A stretch of DNA of 60,886 nucleotides from the IMG/VR virus record IMGVR_UViG_3300006046_000006, positions 1 to 60,886 of that record. The stretch is one strand, 5' to 3'. A program made the position numbers and the translations under genes. Origin of the DNA: a virus (Duplodnaviria; Caudoviricetes). Positions 55,786 through 60,886 of the stretch are shown piece by piece. The notes under the pieces were generated by a model. That model worked only from the letters and a program-made list of their open reading frames with translations. It ran no database searches and had not been told where the DNA came from. The stretch's first letter is position 1; each line of letters opens with the position of its first letter.

Positions 55786-55995
55786 TTAGCTGTGCTTCTC
55801 TATAGCCCCAGGGTGTTTTGTCTTCCACTTGCCGCCGAAGGCGTAGGTGTAGTTGGGGTCTTGTTTGCGGTAGAAGGGCTTGGGATTGTTAGCCCGTTCC
55901 TTTGCTTTCTGGTCCCTCTTCCGTGCCGGCTCGTTTCGTGCAACTTCAAAAGCGTTGGCGGGAGGGTTGTCAGGATTCCTTTTTCCAAGTGGCAT
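55786..55995 (-). CDS. small basic hypothetical protein
   Basis: 69-aa ORF with RBS. Confidence 0.55.
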   Translation of the reverse strand: MPLGKRNPDNPPANAFEVARNEPARKRDQKAKERANNPKPFYRKQDPNYTYAFGGKWKTKHPGAIEKHS

Positions 55996-55997
55996 GG

Positions 55998-56219
55998 TTA
56001 TCCCCTATCGAGGTGTTGGAGCATCATGTCGATGTCGTCGAGGCTGGCGTAGATCATGTCGTAGAGGTGGTGATCTTCTGGGTCTGGGTCGATCATCTCA
56101 ACTAAACCCTTGATCTGCTTCAGCGCTCGCTCCATGGAGATGGATGATTGTCCACCCCATCCCTGGAGAATTGAGGGAAGTTTGTCCTGTAGTTGCATGT
56201 TGATTCCTTTGTGTCGCAT
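55998..56219 (-). CDS. hypothetical protein
   Basis: Downstream of TTGACA-N17-TATAAT (56230-56258); start may be the MQLQD codon. Confidence 0.6.
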   Translation of the reverse strand: MRHKGINMQLQDKLPSILQGWGGQSSISMERALKQIKGLVEMIDPDPEDHHLYDMIYASLDDIDMMLQHLDRG

Positions 56220-56229
56220 TCATATTCCC

Positions 56230-56258
56230 ATTATAATTTACCCCGTTGCCGTTGTCAA
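56230..56258 (-). promoter_or_regulatory. consensus sigma70/SigA promoter
   Basis: TTGACA acggcaacggggtaaat TATAAT. Confidence 0.8.
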
Positions 56259-56544
56259 TAACTTCGAGGACTAAAGGGACCATGGGGGTTCGTTTTGGGT
56301 GGAGGGAGAACAGGGGGCGTGCGGAATGGGTTGTGTTCTGGAACACATCCTGATGGCAGGGACATTGGGCGTGTGCGGAATGGTCCGCGGAGCGGATTGG
56401 CAGGGCGGGGTGGGATCGGAAGGGGACGCGGGGGGTTCGCCATCAATAAATTTTTTATTTATTTTTTGTGACATATATCACAAATATTTTTTTTGGTTCG
56501 GCCGACCGATTTTTATTCGGCCGACCGAACCAATATTCGCGCCG

Positions 56545-56769
56545 TTACTTCAATTCGGCGACAACCGTTTTACGCGCCTTTTTTGCGGCAAAATCGGCGA
56601 TCCATTCTTCGGTGGTGCGAGCTTCCAAATTCCATCGCCCGCCCGATCCGGGTTGTTCGACCGTGATTTTGCGGAGGATATTGCGGACGCTTTTTTCATC
56701 CATATTTAGGACCTTTGCGAGATCCTTCGGAGTCCGAACCTGAGCCATTTTTTCAGCCATTTTTTTCAT
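56545..56769 (-). CDS. small HTH-like DNA-binding protein
   Basis: TPKDLAKVLNMDEKSVRNILRK...PGSGGRW; resembles 10374..10745; promoter TTGACC-N17-TTTAAT at 56806-56834. Confidence 0.7.
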   Translation of the reverse strand: MKKMAEKMAQVRTPKDLAKVLNMDEKSVRNILRKITVEQPGSGGRWNLEARTTEEWIADFAAKKARKTVVAELK

Positions 56770-56819
56770 CCTTTTTTCGGGGCCGACCGTTTCGGCCACA
56801 ACTCAATTAAAGCACACTT

Positions 56820-56963
56820 TTAGACTTTGGTCAAGCGATTTTGCGAAATTATTTGTCGGATCATTTTGTCCGAAAAATCGTACTCATTTAAAACGTCCAT
56901 TGCATTTTGGATCACCTCAAAAGCAGTCTGGACAATTTTTCGCTCGCCGTTGGTTAAGTTCAT
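56820..56963 (-). CDS. 47-aa hypothetical protein
   Basis: Hand-translated MNLTNGERKIVQTAF...; AAGGA RBS and TTGACT-N18-TAAAAT upstream. Confidence 0.5.
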   Translation of the reverse strand: MNLTNGERKIVQTAFEVIQNAMDVLNEYDFSDKMIRQIISQNRLTKV

Positions 56964-57024
56964 TTTTTCGTCCTTTCTTCGTTTCGTCGATTTTACCTTA
57001 ATTCGAGCCTAGAAGTCAAGCCGA

Positions 57025-57110
57025 AATAAATATTTTTTCGTTAGGCTACCTTAATTAATTATATTGGCGCGCCGAATTAATTATATTTGGGCGCCCGAAT
57101 ATGCCGCGTT
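57025..57110. repeat. AT-rich palindromic tandem repeat in the divergent non-coding region
   Basis: aattaattatattggcgcgccg / aattaattatatttgggcgcccg. Confidence 0.65.
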
Positions 57111-57336
57111 AACTACCCCTAAGCCGCGCACTTCCGCGCACCTTCAGAGCGCCACTTAGTCCGCCCTAAGATCGCGTCTTGGGGTTTGCGTAGCGGACCC
57201 GTTGGGACACACAAGTCTCCTGGCGGTCCCACCTGGACAAAGAATCTCGGCCGACGGGGCTCTTGATGGTTCCAAATCTCGGGCGACGGGGCTCTCATCG
57301 GCGTTTTTTTTCGGACCGCTAAGTTTTCGCCGGACG

Positions 57337-57378
57337 GTGACATGGTTACGCGGATTTGATAAAATGGGGGTATCAAAT
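57337..57378 (+). promoter_or_regulatory. SigA-like promoter with overlapping palindrome
   Basis: GTGACA-N17-TAAAAT; ATTTGATA-N9-TATCAAAT (57354-57378), same arms as at 1112-1136. Confidence 0.75.
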
Positions 57379-57399
57379 CAAAGGCAAGGGGAAAAAACC

Positions 57400-57654
57400 A
57401 TGAATCTCAAAATCGCCGCAATCGGGTTATCGCTGGGATTATCGGTTCTGACCGATCAATGCCAACCGCCCGAAACACCGCATGTTTTGGTGAGCGAAGC
57501 AGCATATGAGGATTTCGAGGTGCCCGACGTCTCTCCACCCACTGAACTCTGGGTGCAAATGGACGCGACCAACTGGAATCCCGACATGCACTTCCGCTGC
57601 TTCAACATGGGTGGCCATCTCATCGACGATATCTGCCACGAGGTAGATTACTAA
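57400..57654 (+). CDS. small secreted or lipoprotein-like protein
   Basis: MNLKIAAIGLSLGLSVLTDQC signal-like N-terminus; directly after the promoter. Confidence 0.65.
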   Translation: MNLKIAAIGLSLGLSVLTDQCQPPETPHVLVSEAAYEDFEVPDVSPPTELWVQMDATNWNPDMHFRCFNMGGHLIDDICHEVDY

Positions 57655-57664
57655 GGAGGAAATC

Positions 57665-57928
57665 ATGGAATGCGGACATGCTCCGGAACTCGATTGCGGC
57701 TGCTGGGTCGATGAGGAGGGATCGATCCACCGCCACAGCTTTAGATTTCTCCCTGGAGACCGGGTGTACTGGAGCCTTAGTCGGTTCGGAGCCTTAAAAG
57801 GAGTCACGGGAACAGTTCAACGCTGGTCCGGAGGAAAAGGCTATGTGCTCTGGGATGACCACTGCAAAAACTGGGCCCCAAGCTCATTCCCCTCTAACTT
57901 CGAGATCCGCCGCATAGCCGAAGACTGA
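57665..57928 (+). CDS. hypothetical protein (SH3/KOW-like pattern)
   Basis: AAGGAGG RBS; FLPGDRVYW...GTV...VLWD. Confidence 0.65.
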   Translation: MECGHAPELDCGCWVDEEGSIHRHSFRFLPGDRVYWSLSRFGALKGVTGTVQRWSGGKGYVLWDDHCKNWAPSSFPSNFEIRRIAED

Positions 57929-58232
57929 CGATCCAGAACGGGAACGCTCCGCTTGCCGGAGCTTCCCTTCATGTCGTGGACGCGGTCCCACCTAGACCCA
58001 GATGCGGATCCTGTGACGGACCCACCTAGACCAAGCCTACGGCCCAAAAAGTGGTTGGAGGTTACCCGTGGCTGGAGGCCAGCTCTCATAGGACGGGGCT
58101 CTCATAAGCCCACGTGAGGTTGGACGGGATTGTTGTAACCCTGAGAAACTCCTGAGGCTTTGGTCAACCCTGTCGAACGACTTGGACACCATTCTCACGA
58201 TACCTTCCGCGTACCAGGCCCTATCCACCCAA

Positions 58233-58535
58233 TCACCTCCCCACTGCCTTTTTGAAGACCAACCACCAAAATCCCACGCAGCCCGCAACCATCAATACCC
58301 AACAAATCACCACTACCCAATCCCACCTTCGTGGATCCCAAGCCTCTAGAAAGCCATCCCACACCGCAGACCTCATAGCCTTCCGCTCAGCCCTCTTCAT
58401 CTGCCTCCTCCGTTTACTATCCATCACTCCCCACCACTCCTGCAGCTGATTAGCCTTATCCTGCTGTTCTTTCTCCTTCCTCCATTCCTTGATCGCATCG
58501 TTCCACTCGTCATGATAATCCTCATTCAGTCCCAT
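58233..58535 (-). CDS. hypothetical membrane protein
   Basis: Charged N-terminus, C-terminal TM segment. Confidence 0.6.
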   Translation of the reverse strand: MGLNEDYHDEWNDAIKEWRKEKEQQDKANQLQEWWGVMDSKRRRQMKRAERKAMRSAVWDGFLEAWDPRRWDWVVVICWVLMVAGCVGFWWLVFKKAVGR

Positions 58536-58651
58536 TTCTTCCCTCAGTTCTGGATTCGTGAAGCCTTAAAATCACCCATCAATCGCGTTGGGGAGCCTTA
58601 CGGAAGCCCTCAATCGACCTCAAACAACTCCGAGCGTCATCGAGCGAGTCG

Positions 58652-58879
58652 TTAAAATTCGTCAAGCCCCTCGGCCAGCATGTTGGTGAAGTCAGTCCAG
58701 ATCCTCTCCCGCCCTCCAAGCTGTGCAATCCTCTCCTCGGTCAACTTCCGCATCATCTTATTAGCCTCGGTCTTCTCCCACTGCTTGACCCGCTTCACGG
58801 CGGCCCTCAGTGTCGCATACTCCAACAGAGTATACTCTTCCTTCCCCAGCTTTGATCCACTCACGGTCTGCTCATCCAT
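58652..58879 (-). CDS. hypothetical protein
   Basis: Start MDEQTV coupled to the upstream stop (TAATG), GGAGG RBS. Confidence 0.6.
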   Translation of the reverse strand: MDEQTVSGSKLGKEEYTLLEYATLRAAVKRVKQWEKTEANKMMRKLTEERIAQLGGRERIWTDFTNMLAEGLDEF

Positions 58880-59235
58880 TAAAAATCCTCCAGATAGTAA
58901 TAGGCTTGTTGTCGTGCAGCCTCGTCGCATGGCTCAGAGTATGCATGTGAGTTCGTTCGGAAGGTGTGCAACATCCCCGCCAAAACAATCCCCACACCCT
59001 GAGCAGTCCTGATATCCCTCAGTCCGAAATCTCGTTCGTAAGCTTCAGCAACATCCTCAGCCGCTTTGATCGCAGCCTCCATGCACTTCGTGACCAATTC
59101 CGCAACTTCCCCCGCCTGCCCATAGTCATATGGAGGCGGAGTGTCAGGAAACCCCGTACTCGGATCTCGATATACCTCATCACCAAAGATATCCATGATA
59201 ATCCCATTCTTCCCCTCGGTTTCATCAGCCATCAT
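58879..59235 (-). CDS. hypothetical protein
   Basis: Co-directional coupled ORF. Confidence 0.6.
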   Translation of the reverse strand: MMADETEGKNGIIMDIFGDEVYRDPSTGFPDTPPPYDYGQAGEVAELVTKCMEAAIKAAEDVAEAYERDFGLRDIRTAQGVGIVLAGMLHTFRTNSHAYSEPCDEAARQQAYYYLEDF

Positions 59236-59525
59236 CCACACTCCCAAATCAACGCAGTGTGCAAGCAGGCCAGCATCAGCAAATCCTGATTCTGAGCCAT
59301 CCTCACAACCTGATATCCCCCACTGCCATCGGCAGCCTGATCTACCATTCTCCTGAAGAGCTTCATAGCCATCGTAAGCACTCTGGCCTGAGAGCCGGGC
59401 AAGCCCTCGAGCTCAACCAGGTGATCAAGCAGCCTCCTGGGCCTTAGCCCTCGTTCATTGAAGAGGTCAATGGAAAGATTCTCCAAGACCAATTCTTCCT
59501 CAGTCATTCCATATGCCAAGTTCAT
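59232..59525 (-). CDS. hypothetical protein
   Basis: 97-aa ORF with AAGGAG RBS. Confidence 0.6.
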   Translation of the reverse strand: MNLAYGMTEEELVLENLSIDLFNERGLRPRRLLDHLVELEGLPGSQARVLTMAMKLFRRMVDQAADGSGGYQVVRMAQNQDLLMLACLHTALIWECG

Positions 59526-59546
59526 CCTTCGGTCTCCTTTGTCGGT

Positions 59547-60062
59547 TTATGTGTCATGTCCGTATGGATAGATGGCGCGGATAGCCTCGCATTCCGGGTC
59601 AGCGTCGTCAAAGCAGGCGGCCCAGTCGCAGAAGTGCAGCGGGCAAAGAGAGTGATTGATCGTCAGTTTGGTGATATCGTCGCGTGAGAATCGGTAAGCG
59701 ATGATGACCTCCATCAACTCAGAAATCCTCGCAAACGCAGCGGCCTCTTCAGCCTCATCAGCATCGGGGTAGACTTCCCCAGGATTCATGAAGTCAGGAT
59801 GGAAAGTCAATTCACTCCCCCCAGCCTCAGGAGAATGTTGCAAGCAGCAAAGCACGTTTCGTAGAGCGCTGTCAGCATGGTCATGTTGATCGAAGTCAGC
59901 CCAGCATCCCCAGCGAGGATCGTGGACGCGGTCGTGTTCGTCATTCCCAGTCGTGTGGTTGCGGTTGCATTCGTCAGTGTGGGTGGTCAATCGAGTCAAT
60001 TCGGCCATTGCGCCTCTCGATGCCTTCCCCTCCCTGACATCCTGTTCATACCTTGATTCCAT
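59547..60062 (-). CDS. His/Cys-rich hypothetical protein
   Basis: SLCPLHFCDWAACFDD...C; downstream of GTGACA-N17-TATGAT (60111-60139). Confidence 0.7.
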   Translation of the reverse strand: MESRYEQDVREGKASRGAMAELTRLTTHTDECNRNHTTGNDEHDRVHDPRWGCWADFDQHDHADSALRNVLCCLQHSPEAGGSELTFHPDFMNPGEVYPDADEAEEAAAFARISELMEVIIAYRFSRDDITKLTINHSLCPLHFCDWAACFDDADPECEAIRAIYPYGHDT

Positions 60063-60110
60063 TTTTGCCCCTTTATGCCTGTCAATCGCGGTTTGATTGA
60101 TCATGAATTC

Positions 60111-60139
60111 ATCATATCAAACCCGTCATCCCTTGTCAC
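60111..60139 (-). promoter_or_regulatory. SigA-like promoter
   Basis: GTGACA agggatgacgggtttga TATGAT, followed by ATCAATCAAA. Confidence 0.7.
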
Positions 60140-60166
60140 CCCTCCCATTCCGCGGATTTTCCTCCC

Positions 60167-60421
60167 TCACCCTCTCACCAGAGACTGGATGTAGCCGATG
60201 TAGAAGTCGTCGTTCATGTCATCATCCGGCAGATGTGCGAGATAGAAAGCGTTGAATCCCGCATTACCCAGCGTCTCGATCCACTCGTAGGACTCCCTCT
60301 CCATCGCATCGTAGCAAGGCTCGCAGAGCGGTTGGATCTCGCAGCCGCAGAAGTAGTCGCAGCCGCAACTTGTGGTTTCAGGCATAGCCTTGTTCGGGCA
60401 TTCCTTGGTTGAGCAGTTCAT
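60167..60421 (-). CDS. Cys-rich hypothetical protein
   Basis: 84-aa coupled ORF. Confidence 0.6.
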   Translation of the reverse strand: MNCSTKECPNKAMPETTSCGCDYFCGCEIQPLCEPCYDAMERESYEWIETLGNAGFNAFYLAHLPDDDMNDDFYIGYIQSLVRG

Positions 60422-60747
60422 TCCCCCATCACCCCAGAGTCTAGTCGAGCATCAATGTCCTGCATTGTCATTGGCGTCCAGGTGGAATCGTCGTTGGTGT
60501 ATTCGTGCACCCAGATAGCCTCGAAGTCGTCGCGGCATGTGAAGCAAATGACCCGGTTGTCATCGTTGTTCTCAGCCCTGTTTGCCCAGTTCGTGCAATA
60601 AGCCCTGACTACCCATACCCTCTCGAGTCCCTCGAGTTCAAGCAGTTCATCGAAAGATTGTTGCACGTTGGCAAAGTTGTAGTCGTCGAGATGTTCAGAC
60701 TCAGCGCGTCGCAGAGTCCTGATCAGCTTTTCGGTCAATTCAGTCAT
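60418..60747 (-). CDS. hypothetical protein
   Basis: Start MTELTEK; ATGA overlap with a truncated upstream ORF that runs off the window end. Confidence 0.6.
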   Translation of the reverse strand: MTELTEKLIRTLRRAESEHLDDYNFANVQQSFDELLELEGLERVWVVRAYCTNWANRAENNDDNRVICFTCRDDFEAIWVHEYTNDDSTWTPMTMQDIDARLDSGVMGE

Positions 60748-60886
60748 CGGGCCACCCAACCCTTCAGTTCATTGGCGATGGCGTCGCGGAGATCGTCAGA
60801 TTCGTTAACCGCGTCGCGTTCAGATCCCGCGTCGAGGATAGAGGAGATCACATTGGCGATGAAATCCTGGATCGAGTCGGTGAGTT

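Noticed and set aside
57051-57073. Adjacent PacI (TTAATTAA) and AscI (GGCGCGCC) sites suggesting a synthetic linker
   Set aside because: They are part of an imperfect tandem repeat with a degenerate second copy, and no vector sequence is nearby, so a natural origin is more likely.
1-60886. Exact circular closure of the window
   Set aside because: Joining the ends does not put the ORF starting at 104 in frame with the truncated ORF ending at 60744, and no terminal repeat is visible. Completeness cannot be claimed.
1-60886. Integrase/repressor lysogeny module and tRNA genes
   Set aside because: No tyrosine or serine recombinase motifs and no cloverleaf with a T-loop were found by eye. tRNAscan or ARAGORN would be needed to exclude tRNAs fully.

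Overview
The window looks like most or all of a lytic, long-tailed (siphovirus-type) dsDNA phage genome. An Actinomycetota host is inferred from the Rpf gene and the gene styles. Nearly all genes are on the minus strand. Read in transcription direction, a SigA-type promoter at about 55.7 kb drives a roughly 190-nt highly structured RNA and then the late operon. That operon carries membrane proteins, a tail-tube paralog fused to CBM, PKD and beta-helix domains, the probable small terminase, a JAB protein, accessory virion genes (including a 14-aa-repeat protein), TerL, portal, scaffold, capsid, neck, tail, tape measure, Dit, Tal, amidase and holin. A replication and nucleotide block follows: SNF2 helicase, dNMP kinase, dimeric dUTPase/dCTPase, two thymidylate-synthase-fold proteins, dCMP deaminase, a UDG-PolA fusion, Cas4-like nuclease, Sak4, SSB, VRR-NUC and primase-helicase. 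After that comes an Rpf + glycoside hydrolase + beta-helix enzyme cassette, then many small early-type genes. I saw no integrase, CRISPR array, rRNA or convincing tRNA. The best leads are the structured late-leader RNA, the enzyme-bearing tail-tube paralog, two glycan-active enzymes sharing a novel N-terminal leader, a probable cytosine-modification pathway with two TS-fold proteins, and a +1 frameshift candidate (UCU_UUU_CGU) in the tail chaperones. All calls come from motif recognition by eye; no searches were run.
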